The notes under the pieces were generated by a model. The model saw only the letters and a program-made list of their open reading frames with translations. It was not told where the DNA came from and did no database searches. Source: Candidatus Krumholzibacteriota bacterium (GTDB lineage Bacteria > Krumholzibacteriota > Krumholzibacteriia > LZORAL124-64-63). Taken from it: DNA of 22,530 nt. The DNA lies in contig JBDLKA010000056.1 in assembly GCA_039714075.1 (NCBI GenBank), forward strand, positions 1 through 22,530, written 5' to 3'. Position numbers and translations under genes: made by a program. This document shows, in pieces, positions 15,784 to 22,530 of the stretch. Position 1 is the first letter of the stretch. Each line of letters opens with the position of its first letter.

Positions 15784-16774
15784 AGACAGGTTTCCCGTCC
15801 TCGATCACCAGGCGCGAGGCGCCGTCGGGGAAGAAAACTTCCATGTTCGGCCGCATGAACAGGTAGTCCATGTGCATGGTGGAATGGTTCACCCCGCCGG
15901 GAAAGCCCTCGTTCGAGCCGAAGGCGATATGGGCGGTGTGATACGCTTTTTCAGCCTCCAGGATCCGGGAGGTCAGGCGGGCTCCCGGGTTCAGGCCGAT
16001 GCCGAGCTCGGCGATGGTCCTGGACCCCGCGTCGGTGTCCATCAAGCCGTTGATGATCCCCACCACCTCGTCATCGTCGCCGGTCACGTCGACCGCCCTG
16101 CCGGTGTTGAGAGTAATCGCCACGGGCGATGATATCGGGCCATGACTGCCGAAACCCCCGTCGATGACCAGGGTCCCGTCGGTGCCCGTTTCCACCGGGG
16201 CGCAGTAGATTTCCCCGCAGGGCAGGTTGGCGCCCACCTTGACGGTGGCTTTGAGATCGTGGACAAAGGGCCGGTCCGTCACATCCAGATGCAGGTCCGT
16301 GCCCGCCGGAGTGGTGATGCGCACGCTCGTGGCGCCGGCAAAGCCCTCCATAAGGCCGGTGGCCGTTTCAAACATCTTCCGGTAGTCGATGTTCATGGGG
16401 CCGGAAACCATCATGTCCTCGTTGATACCGGGGCTGTGACCCATGCGGACCGAACCGTTCATTTCGATGGCATGGATCCACTGCAGTCGGAAGGGAACCT
16501 CGCGGGCATCGCCACTGATGGCGTTGACGGCCACGCTGACATTATCGAGAAGAGCCGGCATTTCGTCGGGCATTTTCCGGAGGGGGCGGTTGTATTCGGG
16601 CAGATTGTAGACGGTGACCGGGCAGCCGTGGTTCTTGGCGCCGACGGCAAAGGCCTGGCCGCAACTGGCTGTGGCACTATCGGTTACGATAAGAACCCGG
16701 TCGCTGGGCTCCAGATCCAGGACATGGATCATGGCTTCCAGCGCCGCGGTGGACATGGTATCCATCCGGTTCAT
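15773..16774 (-). CDS. Aminopeptidase, M29/thermophilic metalloprotease-like
   Basis: GTDL, NLPCGEIYCAP, IAELGIGLNP, EAEKA.HTAHIAFG, HMDY motifs. Confidence 0.88.
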   Translation of the reverse strand: MNRMDTMSTAALEAMIHVLDLEPSDRVLIVTDSATASCGQAFAVGAKNHGCPVTVYNLPEYNRPLRKMPDEMPALLDNVSVAVNAISGDAREVPFRLQWIHAIEMNGSVRMGHSPGINEDMMVSGPMNIDYRKMFETATGLMEGFAGATSVRITTPAGTDLHLDVTDRPFVHDLKATVKVGANLPCGEIYCAPVETGTDGTLVIDGGFGSHGPISSPVAITLNTGRAVDVTGDDDEVVGIINGLMDTDAGSRTIAELGIGLNPGARLTSRILEAEKAYHTAHIAFGSNEGFPGGVNHSTMHMDYLFMRPNMEVFFPDGASRLVIEDGKPVFKG

Positions 16775-16978
16775 GGTTTTCCCCCTTAATCACTTCCCTC
16801 CAACAGAAAGCCCGTAATTAATGGTAATTGAAAAGACTCCCTTTTCGCCACCAGGAAAAAGCTAACGCCCGCCCCGCAATGGTCGATACCCAATAGGCAG
16901 AGGTTGCAATCCGTCCGCGCAGGGCGGGGCGCCGGGCCCGGACGGCCCGGTGATTGGTCCCATTCCGGGAGGAAAACC

Positions 16979-17506
16979 GTGAAGTGTCCGGCATGTTCGA
17001 ATGAAATGACCCAGGCCCTGATCAAGGATGTCACCCTGGACGTCTGTGAAGACGGCTGCGGCGGTATCTGGTTCGACTGGTTCGAATTGAACCGGGTCGA
17101 CGAACCCCACGAAGCCATGGGCGCGGATGTCCTTCACGTGGCCGTCGACGAATCCATCAAGGTGAATCACGACGCCAAGCGGCAGTGCCCCCGTTGCGAT
17201 TCCACCCCGCTGATGAAGCATTTCGCCAGCGTGAAGCGCGAATTCCAGGTGGACGAGTGCCCCCGTTGCGCTGGTTATTTCCTGGATTACGGCGAATTGA
17301 ACAAGATCCAGGACCAGTACGATACCGAAGAGGAACGCAGCGCGGCCGCCCAGGCCATGTTCTCCGATCTCTTCGACGAAGGCCTGGACGATATCGCCGA
17401 CGAAAGCGAAGATAAACTGGAGAAGGCCAAACGCCTGGCCCATATGTTCCGGTTCCTGCTGCCCAGCTACTACATCCCGGGCAAGCAGAAGTGGGGCGCC
17501 TTCTAG
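16979..17506 (+). CDS. Protein with two zf-TFIIB-like zinc ribbons
   Basis: CPAC...CEDGCGGIWFD and CPRC...CPRCAGYFLDYGEL; GTG start with GGAGG SD. Confidence 0.85.
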   Translation: MKCPACSNEMTQALIKDVTLDVCEDGCGGIWFDWFELNRVDEPHEAMGADVLHVAVDESIKVNHDAKRQCPRCDSTPLMKHFASVKREFQVDECPRCAGYFLDYGELNKIQDQYDTEEERSAAAQAMFSDLFDEGLDDIADESEDKLEKAKRLAHMFRFLLPSYYIPGKQKWGAF

Positions 17507-17554
17507 AAGGCGGTTGAAACCCCCGCGGCCGCAGCCGCGAGCCCATCTCCTCAG

Positions 17555-17600
17555 CGCAGCCTCTCTTGACCGCAAGGTCGGGGGAGGTTGCGGTCTTTTC
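17555..17600 (+). terminator. Long GNRA-capped hairpin, probable terminator
   Basis: 17-bp stem CGCAGCCTCTCTTGACC/GGTCGGGGGAGGTTGCG (4 G-U pairs), GCAA loop, followed by GTCTTTT. Confidence 0.65.
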
Positions 17601-17672
17601 CGAGTGAAATTAACCTTAGCATTACAAAGCACCCAAGATACCGCGAAACGCCCAACCAATCCGGGGACCGAC

Positions 17673-18512
17673 TTGTATAGCGATTGTCACGAAGGACCTC
17701 TACCCGATCCCAAGGGAAAGTTTACCCTGGACGAAGTGACCGACCTGGGTCCATCCAACGGGGGTGACCTTGTCCGCCCCTGCGACATCAAGGGCATCCT
17801 GCACAGCCACAGCCGCTGGACCGACGGCGCCCACTCCCTGGATTCCATGGTGAGCACCGCTCGGGAGATCGGTCTGGAGTACCTGGGCATCAGCGACCAT
17901 TTCCTGTCCGAAAACCACCAGGAGGGGCTGGATCTTTCGGCCGCCATGATCCAGCGCGAGGAAGTGGACCGCCTGCTGGAAAAGTATTCCGATTTCGATG
18001 TCCTGCAGGGCATCGAAGTCGATGTCAACCCCGACGGCACCCTGCCGGTGGACGACGAGACCCTCGGCTATTTCGATTTCGTCATCGCCTCCTTCCCCGA
18101 AAACGGCGGGTATGATCGGGGGCAGCTTCTGGAGCAGGTGATTCTGGCGGCCCGGCACCCGAAAGTGACCATCCTGGGCACACCGGTGGGAGACTTCATG
18201 CTGCTGGGCTGCAACGGCTCGGCGGAAATGGAACAGGTGTTGAAAGCCGCGGCCGAGGGTGGAACCGCGGTGGAGATCAGCGCCAATCCCAATTGCAAGG
18301 AACTGGACTGGACCTGCTGCCAGAAAGCGCAGGAGCTGGGGGTCTACATGGCCATCAGCCCCAACGCCCACCGGGCTGCTCGCCTGGTGGACTTCCGCCA
18401 CGGGGCCGAAATGGCCCAGGCCGCGGGCGTGACGCGCGGCAGCATCCTGAACACCCTGACCAGCGGCCAACTGCGCAACTATCTGGCCAACGGGGTCGGA
18501 AAATCCAAGTAG
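17673..18512 (+). CDS. Stand-alone PHP domain protein similar to the C-terminal PHP domain of bacterial DNA polymerase X
   Basis: DIKGILHSHSRWTDG, GLEYLGISDH, GIEVDV.PDG.L, DFVIAS, AVEISANP, NAH, ILNTL; TTG start at 17673 is uncertain. Confidence 0.8.
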   Translation: MYSDCHEGPLPDPKGKFTLDEVTDLGPSNGGDLVRPCDIKGILHSHSRWTDGAHSLDSMVSTAREIGLEYLGISDHFLSENHQEGLDLSAAMIQREEVDRLLEKYSDFDVLQGIEVDVNPDGTLPVDDETLGYFDFVIASFPENGGYDRGQLLEQVILAARHPKVTILGTPVGDFMLLGCNGSAEMEQVLKAAAEGGTAVEISANPNCKELDWTCCQKAQELGVYMAISPNAHRAARLVDFRHGAEMAQAAGVTRGSILNTLTSGQLRNYLANGVGKSK

Positions 18513-18519
18513 CCTTTCA

Positions 18520-18549
18520 TAACTTCCCGTAACTTCCCGTAACCTCCCG
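18520..18549. repeat. 10-bp tandem repeat x3
   Basis: TAACTTCCCG TAACTTCCCG TAACCTCCCG. Confidence 0.8.
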
Positions 18550-18645
18550 CAGCCCTTTTCCGTCTTCATCTGTAATTGACATCCAAGGGCCGGCCGGTGT
18601 CTGCCGTTGACACGGGTCTGTCCGGCCCGGGCCTGAAGGGGAGCC

Positions 18646-18667
18646 AAGGCCCCCCGGGGGGTCCTTT
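18646..18667. repeat. C6G6 palindrome (copy 3)
   Basis: AAGGCCCCCCGGGGGGTCCTTT, core at 18650-18661. Confidence 0.8.
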
Positions 18668-18884
18668 TGTCTTGCGGTCCGGAAATTGCGGAGACGGGGC
18701 AGCTCGGGCCGGCGAGACCGGGTCGGTTGGCGCCCCACGAATCTCCATCCCGATGGACGGGGTGATCGCCAACCGTCATGGCGGCGCAGCCAGGGGCGGC
18801 GGCGGCCCGGATTGTCGAATGGTCTTTGCCTCAGCAGCACGATGTTCCATAATCCGGGTGGTCGTTTTTTCACGGGGGATTCAT

Positions 18885-21101
18885 ATGTTCAAGATTTTGT
18901 TTTTTCTACGTACCTGTCTGTTCGTCCTGCCTCTGTTCGCCTTTCCCTTGCCCATCCTGGCCCAGGATGATGCCGCCCGACCGCTCACCGAGGATCCCGA
19001 CGAACTGGTGGTCAGCGCCGAACGCGTGTCCATCGAAGAAGTCATCGAGGCCATCGGCCGCAAGATGGAGCAGGAACTCTACCGGATGGAGGACATCTCC
19101 TACACCACCCTGGTGACCCAGATCCTGCGCGACGATCCCGGGATGGAACTGAGCAACTACACCATCGAGGAATACGCCGTGCGGTTTCACCAGAACCGCG
19201 GTGAGGGCGCCCAGGTGGTCAAGCTGTGGGAGCGCAGCCGTAAATTCGAAAACGGGGAAGTGGTCGAGGACGAGGTCGACGAGAAGATCGAAGCCGAATG
19301 GATGAACGCCCAGGACGACGCGCTGCAGGGCATGCCCTTCGCGCCGGGCGGGGCCGGGCGCTACAACTACACCATCCTGGACCGCCGCAACGTCGGCAAC
19401 AGCCTCATCTACAAGGTGCGTTTCGAACCCAAGAGCCGTTTCGAGGCCCTGCCAACCGGCGTGGTGTGGGTCGACTATTCCAACTGGGCGATCCGCAAGG
19501 CCGAAGCCGAGATGATCGAAACGGTGCCCTATCCCCTGTTCATCAAATCGTTGCCCGCGATCCGGATCAGTCGGCAAAGGGTGGGCGACTACTGGTTCAC
19601 CACCGAGGTCTACGGGCTTATCTTCCTGCGAAAGGTGCCGTTGCTGCCGATTCCCCGCAGCGTCGAAGTGCGGGTCACCATGCAGGACATCGAAATCAAC
19701 GGCAAGCCGGCCACGCCCGAAAACGCGATTCCCGAGACAGCCTTGCCGGGCACGCAGCCGGATGAGGCCGAGATCGGAGATTTCTGGCTGAGTCCCGAGG
19801 CCCATGATGATTCGCTGGCCGTCTATTGGCGGGGGATCGATAAATCGTGGGAGAAGACGGTGTCGCCCGAACTGGCGCCCGTGACTTTGGAAGTAGCCAA
19901 GCTGGATTCGTTGAGCGAGGTGGGTACCGCCGAACTGACGGCTCTCCAGGAGGGAGGACGTTGGCAGATCGGCCCCAGTCTGACGCCCCCGCAGTACAAT
20001 CGCGCGCAGGGTTTCGCGCCGTTCGTGGGGTTGTCCGCGCGCAAGACAGGCCCAGCGCCTCCCCGCATGAACGTGGCCGCCGGCTACGGTTTCGGCAATC
20101 GCCGCTGGCTGGGGACGGCCGAGTTCGACATTCCCTTGATCCGTTCGCGCTGGAACCTGGCCGACGGCAAAGGCAAAGGACGGCATTACAAACTGCTGAC
20201 GCTGAACCTGCAGGGCGTGAAGACGGGCGCGCAGTTCGCGGGCGACGGGCGCCGCTACACGCGGTCGGCCAGCGCGGTCTTCTATGGCAGCGATCCGAAT
20301 CATTACTACGAGAATCGCGGGGGCGCCGGCCGGCTGATGGTGAAGCCCGCCCGCCGGCTGGATGTCTACGCGGGCGCGGGGTATTACGAAAATCGGGTTC
20401 TGGAACAGCGCACCAGCTGGAATCTGCTGGGCCGGCAGTTGCGGCCCGACGGGAATTATCGGGCTTCGGCGTTGGATGAAAGGCGGCTCTATACGGGTGG
20501 AAACTGGGGCATCGGGCCGGTGGGATTTTCCGGTTACGTGGTCTGGCACAACGTGCGCAATTCCGATTTCGTCCGTGGCCTGGCAGGCGCCCCGACCGAA
20601 GCCGACTTCCGCCAGGTGAAACTGTCGGGCACGCTGGATCTGATGGACCGCTCGGGCAACCAGTGGCTGCTGCGGGGCGGGGTGCGGGAGTTCGACCGGC
20701 AGGTGCCCGTGCAGTGGAAAACCTGGATGGGTGATTACGGCACACTGCGCGGCTATCCGGCGGGAGTTCTGACCGGCGACGGCGGTTCGTGGGCTTCGCT
20801 GGACCTGCGCTTGGGCTGGGATATGTGGCGGGCCCTGAGAGTACCTGTGTTGAAGAAGTTGGGGCTGCAACCCATCGGATTCGCGGATTACGGGCATACC
20901 TGGAGCAAGCCGGGACCCTATGCCGAGGGGCCGGAGGAAGGCGCGCGGGATTGGAGGGCGGATGTCGGGTTCGGATTCGGGCGCAGGTTTGATCTGCCGG
21001 GGCTGGGGGAGTTCAACAACTTTCGGATGTATGCGGCGACGCCGGTGGGGAACGGGCGCGAAGGGCATGGGTGGCGGTTTCTTATCGCGTTTGAGAAATA
21101 A
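18885..21101 (+). CDS. Large exported protein with C-terminal outer-membrane beta-barrel (DUF5686-like)
   Basis: Signal peptide ending ILA-QD; YKVRFEPK...GVVWVD..NWAI and YNRAQG motifs; LRGY near the C-terminus; amphipathic aromatic strands ending WRFLIAFEK. Confidence 0.75.
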   Translation: MFKILFFLRTCLFVLPLFAFPLPILAQDDAARPLTEDPDELVVSAERVSIEEVIEAIGRKMEQELYRMEDISYTTLVTQILRDDPGMELSNYTIEEYAVRFHQNRGEGAQVVKLWERSRKFENGEVVEDEVDEKIEAEWMNAQDDALQGMPFAPGGAGRYNYTILDRRNVGNSLIYKVRFEPKSRFEALPTGVVWVDYSNWAIRKAEAEMIETVPYPLFIKSLPAIRISRQRVGDYWFTTEVYGLIFLRKVPLLPIPRSVEVRVTMQDIEINGKPATPENAIPETALPGTQPDEAEIGDFWLSPEAHDDSLAVYWRGIDKSWEKTVSPELAPVTLEVAKLDSLSEVGTAELTALQEGGRWQIGPSLTPPQYNRAQGFAPFVGLSARKTGPAPPRMNVAAGYGFGNRRWLGTAEFDIPLIRSRWNLADGKGKGRHYKLLTLNLQGVKTGAQFAGDGRRYTRSASAVFYGSDPNHYYENRGGAGRLMVKPARRLDVYAGAGYYENRVLEQRTSWNLLGRQLRPDGNYRASALDERRLYTGGNWGIGPVGFSGYVVWHNVRNSDFVRGLAGAPTEADFRQVKLSGTLDLMDRSGNQWLLRGGVREFDRQVPVQWKTWMGDYGTLRGYPAGVLTGDGGSWASLDLRLGWDMWRALRVPVLKKLGLQPIGFADYGHTWSKPGPYAEGPEEGARDWRADVGFGFGRRFDLPGLGEFNNFRMYAATPVGNGREGHGWRFLIAFEK

Positions 21102-21109
21102 AGCAGGAA

Positions 21110-21150
21110 TTGACGATGGTGCATTTCTGAGGTATACTTAATGTATATAC
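21110..21150 (+). promoter_or_regulatory. Sigma70 promoter and operator of mazEF
   Basis: TTGACG (21110-21115)-17 bp-TATACT (21133-21138); inverted repeat GTATA-N9-TATAC (21132-21150); GGAGG SD follows. Confidence 0.8.
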
Positions 21151-21161
21151 GGAGGTTTGAA

Positions 21162-21404
21162 ATGCGCACGAAAATCGTCAAGTGGGGCAACAGCCTCGGC
21201 TTGCGGATTCCCAAAGCCTTTGCCGAGGAAGTCCGGGTGACCGAAGGATCGGTTGTGGATCTGAGCATGGAGGATGGAAACCTGGTGGTGAAAGTAGCCA
21301 ACCCGGATGAGGTGGATCTGAAAGACCTTCTGGATGAAATCACTGACGAGAACATCCACGGCGAAATCGACACCGGTGATGCGGTCGGCGGTGAGGTTTG
21401 GTAG
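21162..21404 (+). CDS. mazE: AbrB/MazE antitoxin
   Basis: MRTKIVKWGNSLGLRIPK N-terminus and acidic tail ending GGEVW. Confidence 0.93.
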   Translation: MRTKIVKWGNSLGLRIPKAFAEEVRVTEGSVVDLSMEDGNLVVKVANPDEVDLKDLLDEITDENIHGEIDTGDAVGGEVW

Positions 21405-21742
21405 CCCCGGGCCGGTACGTGCCCCAGCGGGGTGACATCGTCTGGCTGCAGTTTGCGCACCAGGCGGGGCATGAACAGTCCGGTCGCAGGCCTGCCCTGG
21501 TGGTTTCGCCGGAATCCTATAACGGCCGAGTGGGGCTGGCGTTGTTTTGCCCCATCACCTCGCATATCAAAGGGTACCCTTTCGAAGTGGCATTGGATTC
21601 CCCGGGAAAAGCCGAGGGCGTGGTTTTGTCCGACCAGATCAAGAGCCTGGATTGGCGGGCCAGGAAGGTGCGGAAATTCGACCGGGTTTCCGACGCGGTC
21701 ATGCGTGAGGTGGCGGCCAGGATCGGGGCATTGGTTGGTTGA
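21398..21742 (+). CDS. mazF: MazF/PemK endoribonuclease toxin
   Basis: YVPQRGDIVW, GHEQSGRRPALVVS, CPITS, KGYPFEV, DQIKSLDWRAR. Confidence 0.95.
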   Translation: MVAPGRYVPQRGDIVWLQFAHQAGHEQSGRRPALVVSPESYNGRVGLALFCPITSHIKGYPFEVALDSPGKAEGVVLSDQIKSLDWRARKVRKFDRVSDAVMREVAARIGALVG

Positions 21743-21744
21743 GA

Positions 21745-21780
21745 TTGACATATGCATACAAATGATGCATACTGATATGT
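21745..21780 (+). promoter_or_regulatory. Sigma70 promoter and operator of vapBC
   Basis: TTGACA (21745-21750)-17 bp-CATACT (21768-21773); ATGCATAC repeated at 21752-21759 and 21765-21772. Confidence 0.75.
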
Positions 21781-21975
21781 ATGAGAACTACATTGAACAT
21801 TGATGATGATCTGCTCGAAAGAGCCTCCAGTCTTACGGGTGTGCAGGAGAAAACCTCCCTGGTCCGATTGGGTCTCGAAGCATTGATCGCGGCCGAGAGC
21901 GCCCGCAGATTGGCCAAACTCGGCGGCTCCCAACCGCAACTGCGTCCGGTTCGACGGCGCAAGACCAGATCCTGA
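21781..21975 (+). CDS. vapB: VapB antitoxin (ribbon-helix-helix type)
   Basis: MRTTLNIDDDLL...EKTSLVRLGLEALI...RLAKLGG; TGATG coupling to the PIN gene. Confidence 0.9.
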   Translation: MRTTLNIDDDLLERASSLTGVQEKTSLVRLGLEALIAAESARRLAKLGGSQPQLRPVRRRKTRS

Positions 21976-22331
21976 TGGTTCTGGTCGATACTTCGGTCTG
22001 GATCGTCCACTTTCGGCGGGGACATTCCGGTCTTTCCGATCTTCTGGAAGAGGGTGCCGTTCTTTGCCACCCTTTTGTGGTTGGGAAGTTGGCCTGCGGG
22101 AATCTTCGGAATCGACTGGAAGTTTTGAATCTGCTCCAAGCCCTCCCGATGGCGCCTTTGGCCCAGCATGACGAGGTTCTGCACCTTCTTCAGGAACGAG
22201 GTCTGCATGGCCAGGGCCTGGGATGGGTTGATGCCCACCTTCTGGCCTCGGCGAAGCTTATGGGCTGCCCTCTGTGGACCCAGGACAAATCCCTGGCTCA
22301 GGCTGCCAAGGAAGTCGATCAAGTCTTTTGA
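21975..22331 (+). CDS. vapC: VapC PIN-domain toxin (second acidic residue replaced by Lys)
   Basis: MVLVDTSVWI, HPFVVGKLACG, GWVDAHLLASA, LWTQDK. Confidence 0.9.
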   Translation: MVLVDTSVWIVHFRRGHSGLSDLLEEGAVLCHPFVVGKLACGNLRNRLEVLNLLQALPMAPLAQHDEVLHLLQERGLHGQGLGWVDAHLLASAKLMGCPLWTQDKSLAQAAKEVDQVF

Positions 22332-22348
22332 GATCGGGATGGATGGTC

Positions 22349-22372
22349 GGAAGGCCCCCCGGGGGGTCTTTC
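22349..22372. repeat. C6G6 palindrome (copy 4)
   Basis: GGAAGGCCCCCCGGGGGGTCTTTC, core at 22355-22366. Confidence 0.8.
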
Positions 22373-22397
22373 AAGTAGGTGGAAAATTTAGTAACGC

Positions 22398-22426
22398 TTG
22401 ACGTTAATAACGCGATACGTTATTAT
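22398..22426 (+). promoter_or_regulatory. Sigma70 promoter and palindromic operator of the higB-like gene
   Basis: TTGACG (22398-22403)-17 bp-TATTAT (22421-22426); TAATAACG-cgata-CGTTATTA palindrome at 22405-22425. Confidence 0.8.
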
Positions 22427-22432
22427 GGTGTA

Positions 22433-22530
22433 TTGATACGATCATTCAAGAACAAGTGGTCAGAGAAAGTTTTCCATCGGCAGCGGTGTCGTGGGCTTTC
22501 ACCTGATGTCCAGCGCCGGGCCTATATCAA
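22433..22530 (+). CDS. higB: HigB/RelE-family toxin, 5' part only (runs off the window; absent from the ORF track)
   Basis: From TTG 22433: MIRSFKNKWSEKVFHRQRCRGLSPDVQRRAYI, matching the MIxSFxxK...E..F...LP.DI.R.A N-terminus of HigB killer proteins. Confidence 0.75.
   Translation, partial: MIRSFKNKWSEKVFHRQRCRGLSPDVQRRAYI

Noticed and set aside
5981..17591. Shared 11-mer GGGGAGGTTGC at 5981 and 17581
   Set aside because: Only two copies in different contexts (promoter flank versus hairpin arm); plausible by chance.
18520..18549. Tandem repeat as a CRISPR array
   Set aside because: 10-bp units with no spacers and no cas genes.
18576..18884. 103-aa extension of the outer-membrane protein ORF
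   Set aside because: Low-complexity Gly/Ala/Pro translation of structured DNA; the signal peptide starts at 18885.

Overview
GC-rich (roughly 60-65% by eye) bacterial chromosomal window with genes typical of a diderm (outer-membrane beta-barrels, a lipoprotein). Left to right: the 3' end of a beta-barrel-like gene; ATP-dependent PEP carboxykinase (pckA); a minus-strand block of XRE regulator + membrane protein and a GntR/YtrA-ABC operon with a YtrA-type operator; DinB-family protein; a lipoprotein followed by a Tat-less molybdopterin oxidoreductase and a fused 4x[4Fe-4S]/DmsC-type anchor subunit; GPP34/GOLPH3-family protein; an Ogt-AlkA DNA-repair fusion; an operon of GNAT, THUMP RNA methyltransferase, secreted protein and DsrE-like protein; M29 aminopeptidase; double zinc-ribbon protein; stand-alone PolX-type PHP domain; a large outer-membrane protein; and a tandem toxin-antitoxin array (mazEF, vapBC, start of higB). 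The most unusual signals are (i) four intergenic copies of an exact C6G6 palindrome, three sharing AAGG-C6G6-pyrimidine flanks, at module borders; (ii) a molybdoenzyme whose conserved N-terminal Cys motif can only be reached from a non-canonical ATA start; (iii) three apparently leaderless small genes; and (iv) a VapC and a PHP domain with substituted catalytic residues. All family assignments come from motif recognition by eye; no database searches were run.
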